Positions 52,092 through 61,912 of a DNA stretch of 64,000 nucleotides are shown in pieces (the stretch's first letter is position 1; every line of letters starts with the position of its first letter). This stretch comes from an uncultured delta proteobacterium (lineage in GTDB: Bacteria > Desulfobacterota > Desulfobacteria > Desulfobacterales > UBA2156). The notes beneath the pieces are model-generated. The model was not told the DNA's origin, did no database searches, and saw nothing but the letters and a program-made list of their open reading frames with translations. Location of the stretch: the NCBI GenBank assembly GCA_963736855.1, contig CAVTQK010000024.1, positions 141,850 through 205,849 on the forward strand. Direction: 5' to 3'. The position numbers were made by a program, and so were the translations under genes.

Positions 52092-55000
52092 ATGAGCGAT
52101 TCCCATGCCGATTTTGTTCATCTTCACGTGCACACCCAGTACAGCCTCCTCGACGGAGCCATACGCATCGACAGGCTGTTGAAGCGATGTCTGGACTTCG
52201 GCATGCATGCCGTGGCCGTCACCGATCATGGAACCATGTTCGGCGTCGTGGAGTTTTACGAAAAGGCCAAGGCCTGTGGGATCAAACCCATCATCGGATG
52301 CGAGTGTTATATCGCACCCCGAAGCCTTTCCGATAAAACCCCTTCAGACAGCAAGGGCTTGTCCCACTTGGTGTTGCTGGCGGAAAATGAAACCGGATAT
52401 CGCAATCTGTGTCGTCTTTGCAGCATCGCCCACCTGGAAGGCTTCTATTACAGGCCCCGCATCGACAAGACGCTCCTGAAGACCCACAATCAGGGGCTCA
52501 TTGCCATGTCATCCTGCCTGCACGGGGAATTGGCCAGACTCCTCAATGACGGCAGGTCGGAAGAGGCGGCAAAAGCCGCCAGGGAATATGTCCGGATCAT
52601 GGGAGAAGGCAATTTTTTCTTAGAGATCCAGGAAAACGGCCTGGAGGAACAAAAGCGGGTCAACCATGGCCTGGTTCAATTGAGCCGGGAACTGTCCATT
52701 CCCCTGGTGGCCACCAACGACTGCCATTATCTCAATAAGGGGGATGCCGCGGCCCACGATGTCCTGTTGTGCATCCAGACCGGAAAAACCGTTAATGAAT
52801 CGGAACGCCTGAAATTCCGCACCGACGGGCTGTATTTTAAATCCAAGACCGAAATGATCGAAGCGTTCCCGGATCAACCCGAAGCCATCGCCAATACCAT
52901 CGCCATCGCCGACCGGTGCAACGTCACTTTGGATTTCGCCAACTACCACTTCCCGAAATATCCCGTCGGCGAGGCCCTTTCCGAAGAAGTTCTGTTCCAG
53001 GATCGGGTCAAGAACGGGTATGAGCGCCTCATCGGCCGCCTTAAAAAAACGAATCCGAACCTTGACGAGCCTCTTTACCGGGAACGCATGGAAAAAGAGA
53101 TCGGAATCATCGTTCAGATGGGTTTTTCCGGATATTTTCTCATCGTCTCCGATATGATCCAATATGCCAGGAACAACCAGATACCGGTGGGACCCGGCAG
53201 GGGAAGTGCGGCAGGCAGTCTGGTGGCGTATTGCCTCGGGATCACCGATCTGGATCCGATCGCCCATGGCCTGATCTTCGAGCGATTTTTAAACCCGGCC
53301 CGCAAGAGTATGCCGGATATCGATGTGGATTTTTGCATCAACGGTCGTGAAGATATTGTCCGATACATGGTGGAGCGTTACGGCGGAGGCGAATTCGTAG
53401 CCCAGATCATCACCTTCGGAAGCCTCAAGACCCGGGCGGTGATCCGGGACGTGGGAAGGGCTCTCGCCATTCCGCTCAATGAGGTGGATGTCATCGCCAA
53501 GCTGGTTCCCGATGTATTGAACATCAATCTTAATGACGCTTTGCTCATGGAACCCCGTTTGTCGGAGCTGTCTCAAAAGAAAAAAGAATATGCCGAGCTG
53601 CTGAAAATCTGCGGGGTCCTGGAAGGGCTTCCGAGGCACGCTTCAACGCACCCCGCAGGTGTCGTGATTTCAGACAGACCCCTTGTGGATTACATGCCGT
53701 TGTATCGGGGGAAAAAGGGAGAAGTGGTCACCCAGTTCGATATGAAATCGGTGGAAAAGATCGGACTGGTGAAATTCGATCTTCTGGGACTAAAAAACCT
53801 GACCATCATCGCCAGCGCCCTTTCGTTGATTCAGCAGCAGGGGAAATCTCCCCCGGACATGGATGATCTAAAACTCGACGATCCTGAAACCTACCGGCTC
53901 CTCTCGTCGGGAAACACGACCGGCGTTTTCCAGCTTGAAAGTGCCGGGATGAGGGATCTGCTGGTTCGTTTAAAGCCCGGATGCTTCGAAGACATCGTTG
54001 CCCTGGTGGCCCTTTATCGTCCCGGACCCCTGGGCGGAATGTCCGAAGATTTCGTGGAACGGAAAACCGGAAAAAAGCCGGTGGAGTATCTGCTTCCGGA
54101 GCTGGAACCCATCCTGCGTGAAACTTACGGCGTTATCGTTTACCAGGAACAGGTCATGAAGATCGCCGGTGTCCTGGCCGAATATTCCATGTCGGAAGCC
54201 GATGATCTGCGTAAGGCCATGGGGAAAAAGATCCATGAGATTATGGAAAAGCACCGGAACCGGTTTTTGGAGGGGGCCCGAAAAAAAGGGGTTCCGGTTC
54301 CCACGGCGGAAAAAATTTTCGATCTCATGGAGAAGTTCGGGGGATACGGTTTCAACAAATCGCATAGCGCCGCCTATTCCCTCATTGCGTATCGGACCGC
54401 CTTTCTGAAAAGCCATTTCCCGGTAGAATTCATGGCTTCCTTGCTTTCCAATGGCATGAATTCTTCGGATGAGGTGGAAAAGTATATCAGCGAGTGTCGT
54501 GCGCACAAAATTCCGATTTTACCGCCGGACATCAACAAAAGCGAAAAGGCCTTCAGCGTCTCAGAAGAAAGCATCCGATTTGGACTCATGGCCGTAAAAA
54601 ACGTCGGGGAGTCGGCCATCGATTCGATCCTGGAAACCCGCAAGGACGGCCCGTTTGCTTCCATTTTCGATTTCTGCGAGCGCGTGGATTTGAGGCGCAT
54701 CAACAAGCGGGTCATCGAAAGCCTCGTCAAGTGCGGCGCCTTCGACTGCACCGGCGAATTTCGATCCAGATTGGCTGCAGTTTTTGAAGAAGCCATGGAG
54801 TATGGTCATCAGGCCCATCGCCGGAAGACAGACCCCCAGATGGGACTTTTTGAAATCGAAGAAGGGGGCGAACCCAGCGATTATCCGGCCTATCCGCAGA
54901 TCGATGAATGGGACGAAAAGGAACGCCTGGCCTATGAAAAAGAATCCCTCGGATTTTACATCAGCGGACACCCCCTGGCTTCCTACGCTTCCCGGCTGGA

Positions 55001-55619
55001 AAAATTCGTCAACGCCACTACCATCGGTCTGAAAGATAAAGCAGACGGGGAAGCGGTTCGCATCGGAGGTTTGATTTCCGATATCAAAATCATCACCACC
55101 AAGAAAAGCGATTTCATGGCCTTTGCCATCCTGGAAGATCGGGATGGGACCGTTGAGAGCGTCCTGTTTCCCGGCGTTTACGCCGATGCCGTCGGTTTGC
55201 TTAAGGGGGAATCTCCCGTGCTCATGGAGGGCCGTCTTCAAAAGGATGAAAGTGCCATCAAGATCATCGTGGACAAAGTGATCCCCCTGGAGCGCGCAGA
55301 CGAGATACTCGCCGACAGCATCCATGTGCATCTGGACATCCGGCGGACCGATAAAACGATCCTTGAAAACCTTTCGACGATTCTGAACCGATATCCGGGA
55401 TCTTGTTCAGCATTTCTTCACCTGGTGGATCCTGACCGAACCGAGACAGTCATCGCTTTTCCGGATGCGCACCGTTTCAGCGCTTCCGGCGAACTCATCC
55501 GGGAGATCCATGCATGCATCGGTTACGAAGGCGTCCGGACGGCTTATCGACCCGTGACGGCATCCCATATGAATCATTCAAAAGGCCGCGAAAGGCAGGG
55601 AAACCATCATCATGCCTGA
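52092..55619 (+). CDS. dnaE: DNA polymerase III alpha subunit
   Basis: PHP domain HLHVHTQYSLLDG, GPGRGSAAGS, PDIDVD, GVFQLES and YGFNKSHS; no intein evident at 1175 aa. Confidence 0.99.
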   Translation: MSDSHADFVHLHVHTQYSLLDGAIRIDRLLKRCLDFGMHAVAVTDHGTMFGVVEFYEKAKACGIKPIIGCECYIAPRSLSDKTPSDSKGLSHLVLLAENETGYRNLCRLCSIAHLEGFYYRPRIDKTLLKTHNQGLIAMSSCLHGELARLLNDGRSEEAAKAAREYVRIMGEGNFFLEIQENGLEEQKRVNHGLVQLSRELSIPLVATNDCHYLNKGDAAAHDVLLCIQTGKTVNESERLKFRTDGLYFKSKTEMIEAFPDQPEAIANTIAIADRCNVTLDFANYHFPKYPVGEALSEEVLFQDRVKNGYERLIGRLKKTNPNLDEPLYRERMEKEIGIIVQMGFSGYFLIVSDMIQYARNNQIPVGPGRGSAAGSLVAYCLGITDLDPIAHGLIFERFLNPARKSMPDIDVDFCINGREDIVRYMVERYGGGEFVAQIITFGSLKTRAVIRDVGRALAIPLNEVDVIAKLVPDVLNINLNDALLMEPRLSELSQKKKEYAELLKICGVLEGLPRHASTHPAGVVISDRPLVDYMPLYRGKKGEVVTQFDMKSVEKIGLVKFDLLGLKNLTIIASALSLIQQQGKSPPDMDDLKLDDPETYRLLSSGNTTGVFQLESAGMRDLLVRLKPGCFEDIVALVALYRPGPLGGMSEDFVERKTGKKPVEYLLPELEPILRETYGVIVYQEQVMKIAGVLAEYSMSEADDLRKAMGKKIHEIMEKHRNRFLEGARKKGVPVPTAEKIFDLMEKFGGYGFNKSHSAAYSLIAYRTAFLKSHFPVEFMASLLSNGMNSSDEVEKYISECRAHKIPILPPDINKSEKAFSVSEESIRFGLMAVKNVGESAIDSILETRKDGPFASIFDFCERVDLRRINKRVIESLVKCGAFDCTGEFRSRLAAVFEEAMEYGHQAHRRKTDPQMGLFEIEEGGEPSDYPAYPQIDEWDEKERLAYEKESLGFYISGHPLASYASRLEKFVNATTIGLKDKADGEAVRIGGLISDIKIITTKKSDFMAFAILEDRDGTVESVLFPGVYADAVGLLKGESPVLMEGRLQKDESAIKIIVDKVIPLERADEILADSIHVHLDIRRTDKTILENLSTILNRYPGSCSAFLHLVDPDRTETVIAFPDAHRFSASGELIREIHACIGYEGVRTAYRPVTASHMNHSKGRERQGNHHHA

Positions 55620-56985
55620 GAATACGTCCCTAGCTCACGCCGTCATTTTAGCCGGCGGCATGGGAGCGCGTTTGTGGCCCATCTCAAGAGAATTGTTCCC
55701 CAAACAGCTGGTCAGTTTTTTCGGTAACCGGTCTCTGATCCAACATACCATCCAGCGTTTGAACCCGGTGATTCCCTCGGATCGATTGACGGTGGTTTGC
55801 GGGAAAAACCACTTTTACGAGATTTCAAGACAGATCCAGGATCTGGGGATAGATCCGAGAGGCAAGATTGAATGTGAGCCTTGCGGCAGAAATACGGCGC
55901 CGGCCATCCTTTTGGCCATCCTGAAAATATTAAAGAGCGGTAACGATCCGGTTCTCTGTGTTTTCCCGTCGGATCATGTCATCGGGGATGTGAAGCGCTT
56001 TCACGAAAAGATGGCCTCGGCGATCCGCCTGGCGGAAAAGGGAGACATCGTCACCTTCGGCATCACACCCCACTGCCCGGAAACCGGTTACGGATATATC
56101 GAAGGCGGGAAAAAGACGGCCGAAGGGGCGCGAAGCATTCGACGCTTTGTGGAAAAGCCGGATGCAAAAGCCGCATTGCGTTATGTCGAGACCGGAAGGT
56201 TTTTCTGGAACAGCGGCATGTTCGCCTTTCGCGCCTCCGTGATGCTGGAGGAATTCAAGAGCCTCCAGCCGGGAATGCACGATCGGATGCAGCGATATGT
56301 GCAAAACATCAGCCGATCCAATGCCTCTTTATATGAAGACATGGAGAACATTTCAATCGATTATGCCATCATGGAGCACACGCAAAAAGGCGTTGTACTC
56401 CCTTCCGATTTCGACTGGAGCGATATCGGTTCATGGAAGTCCCTGTTCGATTTTTTGAAAAAAGACAAAAACGGCAACATCCTCAACGGCAATATCCTGA
56501 CCCGGGAGACGCAGGGTTGCCTCATCATGAGCGGCAGGCGCCTGGTGGTGACCAACCACATCAAGGACACTGTGGTGATCGAAACACCCGATTCCGTCTT
56601 CGTCTCCGACATGGAAAACAGCCGGGATGTGAAATTCATTGTCAAAAAGCTGAAGGAAGAGGGCCGGAAAGAATCCCTCCACCATCAGGCCCGGATGCTT
56701 CCCTGGGGAAGCCGCACCGTTCTTGAGGAATGTACGGATTTTTATTTCGCACGAATCGATATCCTTCCCCAAAAAACGTATACCGTCGCCCCGAAGAAAG
56801 GGTGGGTGAAACGCATCGTTCTGGTTTCCGGCAGCGGCCGGATTCGGCAGAAGCCGGACAAGGAGGTCCTGCTTCAAGTTCCGATGCAAGGCTGCATCGA
56901 CATTTCCGGCCGAGTCGCCGTTTGTAATACCTCCGAAACAAATCTGCGGATCATCGAAATCGGAACCCACGACAATTTAAAATAA
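55612..56985 (+). CDS. manC: Mannose-1-phosphate guanylyltransferase with degenerate cupin tail
   Basis: LAGG.G.RLWPISR..PKQ, RNTAPA, FVEKP, WNSGMF, SIDYAIME and WSDIGSW motifs. Confidence 0.9.
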   Translation: MPENTSLAHAVILAGGMGARLWPISRELFPKQLVSFFGNRSLIQHTIQRLNPVIPSDRLTVVCGKNHFYEISRQIQDLGIDPRGKIECEPCGRNTAPAILLAILKILKSGNDPVLCVFPSDHVIGDVKRFHEKMASAIRLAEKGDIVTFGITPHCPETGYGYIEGGKKTAEGARSIRRFVEKPDAKAALRYVETGRFFWNSGMFAFRASVMLEEFKSLQPGMHDRMQRYVQNISRSNASLYEDMENISIDYAIMEHTQKGVVLPSDFDWSDIGSWKSLFDFLKKDKNGNILNGNILTRETQGCLIMSGRRLVVTNHIKDTVVIETPDSVFVSDMENSRDVKFIVKKLKEEGRKESLHHQARMLPWGSRTVLEECTDFYFARIDILPQKTYTVAPKKGWVKRIVLVSGSGRIRQKPDKEVLLQVPMQGCIDISGRVAVCNTSETNLRIIEIGTHDNLK

Positions 56986-56997
56986 GGAGCAGTCGGG

Positions 56998-58140
56998 ATG
57001 AAAGTACCCCTTCTGGATTTGACCGGGCAGTACGAACAGATCAAAGAAGAAATTATGGAAGTGATGCAAAAGATCTTCCAGGAGCAGCATTTTATCCTGG
57101 GGCCCCGTGTAAAGGCTCTGGAGAAGGAATTGGCGCGGTATTGCCGTACCGTTGACGCGGTGGGTGTGTCATCCGGAACCGATGCCCTGCTGATTTCGTT
57201 GATGGCCGCAGAAATCGGTTCCGGGGACGCGGTTTTGACCACTCCCTATTCCTTTTTTGCTACGGCGGGGGTCGTCCATCGGCTGGGTGCCCGACCGGTC
57301 TTTTCCGATATCGAACCGGATACCTATAACCTTTCGCCGGCAAAGTTGGCGGAAACCCTGGAACGTTTCAAGGGCATGGATAGGGAGCGGCTCAGGGCGG
57401 TCATTCCGGTCCACCTCTATGGACAGTGCGCCGATATGGACCCGATCCTTGAACTGTCTCGACAGGCAAATCTCACGGTGATCGAAGATGCCGCCCAGGC
57501 CGTCGGCGCGGAATACCGGGGCAAGCGCGCCGGTTCCATGGGGGATTTCGGGTGCTTTTCCTTTTTTCCTTCCAAAAACCTGGGCGCCTTCGGAGACGGC
57601 GGGTGTGTGACCACCCAAGTGGAGTCGACGGGGCATCGGCTGCGGATCCTCAGGGTTCACGGATCCGAGCCCAAATATTACCATCCCATGATCGGCGGGA
57701 ATTTCCGGCTTGACACGCTTCAGGCGGCCGTCGTCTCCATCAAGCTGAAACACCTCGATGGGTGGACCGAAAAGCGCCGGGAAAACGCCGCCCGATATCG
57801 CCGATATTTCGAGTCGGCGAAACTGGAAGACCGGGTGGCGCTTCCCATTGAAAAGGAAAGCCGGCATATCTACAACCAGTTCGTAATCCGGGTGAAGGAC
57901 AAGCGGGATGCGCTTAAGGCGTTTTTGGCCGAATCCGACATCGGAACCGAGATCTACTATCCGATCCCGTTGCACCTGCAGCCCTGTTTTTCCCACCTGG
58001 ATTATCGGAAAGGGGATTTTCCGGAAGCCGAACGCGCCGCAAAAGAAACCCTGGCCCTTCCCATTTATCCCGAGCTGACCGATGCCCAGGCCGCTTATGT
58101 AGTGGAAAAGATCCGGGAATTTTTCCTGAAGGCAAAATAG
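56998..58140 (+). CDS. DegT/DnrJ/EryC1/StrS family PLP aminotransferase
   Basis: SGTDAL, PVHLYGQ, EDAAQA, SFFPSKNLGAFGDGG and RLD.LQAA motifs. Confidence 0.95.
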   Translation: MKVPLLDLTGQYEQIKEEIMEVMQKIFQEQHFILGPRVKALEKELARYCRTVDAVGVSSGTDALLISLMAAEIGSGDAVLTTPYSFFATAGVVHRLGARPVFSDIEPDTYNLSPAKLAETLERFKGMDRERLRAVIPVHLYGQCADMDPILELSRQANLTVIEDAAQAVGAEYRGKRAGSMGDFGCFSFFPSKNLGAFGDGGCVTTQVESTGHRLRILRVHGSEPKYYHPMIGGNFRLDTLQAAVVSIKLKHLDGWTEKRRENAARYRRYFESAKLEDRVALPIEKESRHIYNQFVIRVKDKRDALKAFLAESDIGTEIYYPIPLHLQPCFSHLDYRKGDFPEAERAAKETLALPIYPELTDAQAAYVVEKIREFFLKAK

Positions 58141-58155
58141 ACCCGGGTGATCCGA

Positions 58156-59052
58156 TCATCCCCGGGGATGATACTGCCGGTGAATCTCCTTGAGGCGGTC
58201 CCGGGTCACGTGGGTATAGATCTGGGTGGTGGAGATATCCGCATGCCCCAGCATGGTCTGCACCGAGCGCAGGTCCGCCCCTCCTTCCAGGAGATGGCTG
58301 GCAAAGGAATGGCGGAAGGTATGGGGCTTGATGGTCTTTTGGATTCCGGTTTTCAGGGCGTACCGCTTGAGGATCTTCCAGAAGCCTTGCCGCGTCAGCG
58401 GTTTTCCTCCCGGCCCTAAAAAGAGGTAAGGACTCATCCGCCCTTTCGATAATAGCGGCCTTGTCCGGGCGAGATACTGATTCACTTTTTCCCGTGCAAA
58501 CCGACCGATGGGAACCAGGCGCTCCCGTGATCCCTTTCCGAGAACCCGGACAAGACCCACCTCCGTGTTGACATTTCTTATCCCCAACGTCACCAGCTCC
58601 GAAACGCGCAGTCCTGCCGCATAAAGCAGCTCCAGCATGGCCGCATCGCGGCTCCCCCGCGGGCTTTTCGGGTCCGGCGCATCCAGAATCTGTTTGACTT
58701 CCTCCACGGATAAAACATCCGGCAATTTCAAGGCGCCCTTGGGCAGGTCCACGATCCGTGTCGGATCGTGGGAGATCCGGTTTTCCTGAACGGCGAAACG
58801 GAAAAAACCCCGGAGGGCGACCAGGCTCCTGGCCCGGGAACGGGCCGAAATCCCCTCGTCCCGCAGGACAATGAGGTGTTTTAAAATCATCGGGGTATCG
58901 ATATCGGACAGGCCGGAGGCACCGCTTTTCATGGCGAACGCCAAAAACCGACCGATATCCCGGCTGTAGGCTTCGATGGTCTTTTTCGCAAGCCCCTTTT
59001 CCACGGTCAGATAATTCAGATACCGGTCGACTTCTTCATCCATCGATGCCAC
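58156..59052 (-). CDS. xerD: Site-specific tyrosine recombinase XerD
   Basis: LYAAGLRVSEL, GKGSRERLVP, TRQGFWK and PHTFRHSFASHLLEGGADLRSVQ.MLGHADISTTQIYTH motifs. Confidence 0.95.
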   Translation of the reverse strand: MASMDEEVDRYLNYLTVEKGLAKKTIEAYSRDIGRFLAFAMKSGASGLSDIDTPMILKHLIVLRDEGISARSRARSLVALRGFFRFAVQENRISHDPTRIVDLPKGALKLPDVLSVEEVKQILDAPDPKSPRGSRDAAMLELLYAAGLRVSELVTLGIRNVNTEVGLVRVLGKGSRERLVPIGRFAREKVNQYLARTRPLLSKGRMSPYLFLGPGGKPLTRQGFWKILKRYALKTGIQKTIKPHTFRHSFASHLLEGGADLRSVQTMLGHADISTTQIYTHVTRDRLKEIHRQYHPRG

Positions 59053-59119
59053 AGGATGGGTCCTTTAAAATCTTGAAGCGAAAATTGAGCCTGATGCCGC
59101 ATTTCATGAAATATGCGGG

Positions 59120-60106
59120 CTAACCGATTTTAAGATCGTCCAGGGGACTCGTCACGCCGTATCCGCCCTGTTGCAGCACATGGGTATATATCATGGTGGT
59201 GGATACGTCGTTGTGCCCTAATAGCGCCTGAATGGTTCGGATGTCATGCCCCTTTTCCAGCAAATGGGTCGCAAAGCTGTGCCGAAAGGTGTGAGCGCTG
59301 ATTTTCTTGTCAAGCCCGATTTTTGAAACAGCGACCTTGATGGCCTTATTGATGACGCTCGGATCGATGTGATGCCTTCGAATTTTTTCGCTTCGTGGGT
59401 CTTTGGATCGGGCGCTTGCCGGGAAAACGTATTGCCATCCCCATTGTTTGGCGGCGTTGGGATACTTGCGGGACAGGGCATGCGGTAAAAAGACCTCCCC
59501 GTAGCCCGCCGAAAGATCTTGTTGATGAATCGTTTTGACTCTTGCCAGATGTTCCAAAAGAAAGGGGACAACGGAGACAGGGAACGGCGTCACACGATCC
59601 TTGTCGCCCTTTCCGGACCGGACCGTCACGGTTTTGTATTTTAAATCCATATCCTGAACACGCAGCCGTATCGTCTCCGATATCCGCAGACCGCTGCCGT
59701 ACATGAGTTTGACTGCCAATTGGGAGGTATTGCTCATGGCGGCAATGACGGCGGCGACCTCTTCCCGGCTCATCACTACCGGAATATGTTCCTTTTTTCG
59801 CGAACGAACGGCCTGAATTTCTCCATCCAGGGCAACCCTGAGGATCTTTTTGTATAAAAATACCAGGGCATTCATGGCCTGGTTCTGGGTTGCGGGGGAT
59901 ATATTTTCTTCAACGGCAAGGTGAGTCAAAAAGGACTCGATCTTTTTTTCACCATCGGATAGATCTTGGCGGGATTGCATCCGGTGGAAAAAAACGAATC
60001 GCTTGATCCAATCGCAATAGGTTCGTTCCGTATGAATCGAATAATGATGCAATCGCATATAATTACGAACCTGATCCAGCAGTTTTTGATCTTTTTCGGT
60101 TGACAT
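59120..60106 (-). CDS. intI: Integron integrase
   Basis: HYSIHTERTY.DWI, TQNQAMNAL, the integron-specific insertion VFLPHALSRKYPNAAKQWGWQYVFP..DPR..RRHH, and HTFRHSFATHLL..LLGH.DV.TT.IY. Confidence 0.97.
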   Translation of the reverse strand: MSTEKDQKLLDQVRNYMRLHHYSIHTERTYCDWIKRFVFFHRMQSRQDLSDGEKKIESFLTHLAVEENISPATQNQAMNALVFLYKKILRVALDGEIQAVRSRKKEHIPVVMSREEVAAVIAAMSNTSQLAVKLMYGSGLRISETIRLRVQDMDLKYKTVTVRSGKGDKDRVTPFPVSVVPFLLEHLARVKTIHQQDLSAGYGEVFLPHALSRKYPNAAKQWGWQYVFPASARSKDPRSEKIRRHHIDPSVINKAIKVAVSKIGLDKKISAHTFRHSFATHLLEKGHDIRTIQALLGHNDVSTTMIYTHVLQQGGYGVTSPLDDLKIG

Positions 60107-60128
60107 AAGAAATTATTTTCCATATATC
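60100..60128 (+). promoter_or_regulatory. Putative cassette promoter Pc
   Basis: TTGACA-N17-TATATC overlapping the intI start codon and pointing toward attI. Confidence 0.55.
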
Positions 60129-60269
60129 CTGTTGTAATTTAATTGAAATATTATTAAAATAGCATCGGATCGGATTTTTAATTCAATAATATTATCAAGG
60201 AAATGTTTCCCGATATTCCAACTATCAGGGCGAATTGACCTGATAATCAATGGTTCAAGTAAGATTGCA

Positions 60270-60301
60270 TCAGGAAACATAATATATTCAAATAGTTAAA
60301 T
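60270..60301 (+). other. Putative attI site (core GTTAAAT at 60295-60301)
   Basis: GTTRRRY at the end of the AT-rich intI upstream region, immediately before the next ORF. Confidence 0.6.
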
Positions 60302-60323
60302 GCATACTGCTTTCTATGTTGGA

Positions 60324-61535
60324 ATGAAGACAGATTCTACTTCCGATATTCATCAGCACTGTGAAGTTGCAGACATTTTCAGATTGTATGGAGAAGTATA
60401 TCGTTCAAAAAACGGCATGACAAAAAAGCAATATAAGGTGATGACGGCCATTCAGGGATGCCGAACCAGCGAGTATGGCTACCATGTAGATTCATGCGAC
60501 CGATGCGGCTTCACCGAAAGCCGTTTCAACTCATGCCGGGACAGGCATTGCCCCAAATGCCAGGGCGTTTCCAGGCACAAATGGGTCAACTCACGCATCA
60601 AGGATATGCTTCCGGTATCCTACTATCACATTGTTTTCACACTACCCCATTTCCTCAATCCGATCACTCTCTACAACAAACGATTGGTCTACAATTTACT
60701 GCTGTCGAGTGCTTCCGACACGCTGCTGTCTTTCGGCCGAGATCCGAAGTGGCTGGGCGGGGAGATCGGATTTTACGGCATTTTGCACACCTGGGGCCAG
60801 ACGCTATGGCCGCATCCGCACATCCATTTCATCGTTCCCGGCGGCGCACTGACCCCTGACGGGCATTGGGTTGAGCCGAGATATAAAGATCAATTCCTAT
60901 TTCCGGTGAAGGCACTTTCCAGGGTTTTTCGAGGCAGATGCATCGAAGGACTGAAAACCGCCTATTATCGCGGTAAGTTGGTTTTGCCCCAGGACCTGAG
61001 CGAATTGAGACGAACCGATTTATTTGAAAGTTGGATCGACACCCTGGTTTCACAAGACTGGGTCATCTATTGTAAGCCTCCCTTCTCCGATGCCAAACAC
61101 GTGATTCGCTATATAGGCCGCTATACCCATCGTGTCGCTATCAGCAACCACCGCATCATCGATATTCATGACGGACAAGTTCACTTCTGGTACAAAGATT
61201 ACCGTTCTGATAATATCACCCATCAGGAGATGCGCCTGAGTGGCAGCGAGTTTATCCGCCGATTTCTTTTTCATGTGCTTCCCGACAGGTTTCATAAGAT
61301 CCGGCACTATGGATTCCTGGCCAATGGACGCAGCAAAGACATGATCGCCCGGATCCGGAAAATATTGAGAATCGGACAAACAGGCGATGGAATCCCTACC
61401 GATCCATTCAGACCCAGGTGTCCCAAGTGCAACAAGGGCTTCCTGAACCCTGTAACGATCATGAATCGATGGGGACAGAATATTGCCGGGTGGATCCGAT
61501 TTGTTAAAATAGGCTATGCTTTTGATACATCATGA
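60324..61535 (+). CDS. IS91-family HUH/Y2 transposase, intact (ORF open from 60300)
   Basis: Zn-binding CRT..C..C..NSCRDRHCPKCQ, H.VFTLP, HUH region LHTWGQ..HPHIH, Y2 motif YIGRY, and EFIRRFL.HVLP..F.KIRHYG. Confidence 0.93.
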   Translation: MKTDSTSDIHQHCEVADIFRLYGEVYRSKNGMTKKQYKVMTAIQGCRTSEYGYHVDSCDRCGFTESRFNSCRDRHCPKCQGVSRHKWVNSRIKDMLPVSYYHIVFTLPHFLNPITLYNKRLVYNLLLSSASDTLLSFGRDPKWLGGEIGFYGILHTWGQTLWPHPHIHFIVPGGALTPDGHWVEPRYKDQFLFPVKALSRVFRGRCIEGLKTAYYRGKLVLPQDLSELRRTDLFESWIDTLVSQDWVIYCKPPFSDAKHVIRYIGRYTHRVAISNHRIIDIHDGQVHFWYKDYRSDNITHQEMRLSGSEFIRRFLFHVLPDRFHKIRHYGFLANGRSKDMIARIRKILRIGQTGDGIPTDPFRPRCPKCNKGFLNPVTIMNRWGQNIAGWIRFVKIGYAFDTS

Positions 61536-61588
61536 GGATCCGGCAAAGACCAAAGGTACTTTCCACCATCTAAAATAGGTGGAAGTGT

Positions 61589-61645
61589 ATTGAACCTATA
61601 AGGATTGACACGACCTGGAAGGTCGTTTTCAATCCATTGTTCAAG
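61589..61645 (+). other. attC-like hairpin
   Basis: ATTGAAC...GTTCAAG with pairing TTGAAC/GTTCAA, GGATTGA/TCAATCC and ACGACC/GGTCGT; 57 bp, 54 nt after the transposase stop. Confidence 0.6.
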
Positions 61646-61912
61646 AAGCCCGGATAGGGCGCACTATTTATTAAGGGTGATGCTTGGAGAGGTATCAGGG
61701 AGGGTTTAGCCGGAGTATGGTGTTGCCGATAAAGAATCGGAGCCGGCCGTTATAATCGAATCGTTTATTTTCAGAATCAGCTAAGAATCGACCGTTCTTT
61801 GACAAGTAGAACCGGACAGCGCATCGTTTTGGCAGCCGCAGGGCGCAGTTATCCTGTGCCGCCGGATTATCAGGCAGCGAATTGATGAAGATAAGCCAAC
61901 CTTAAGTCCTGT

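Noticed and set aside
52092..55619. Possible intein in DnaE (also checked RecA)
   Set aside because: Normal lengths and no intein terminal motifs
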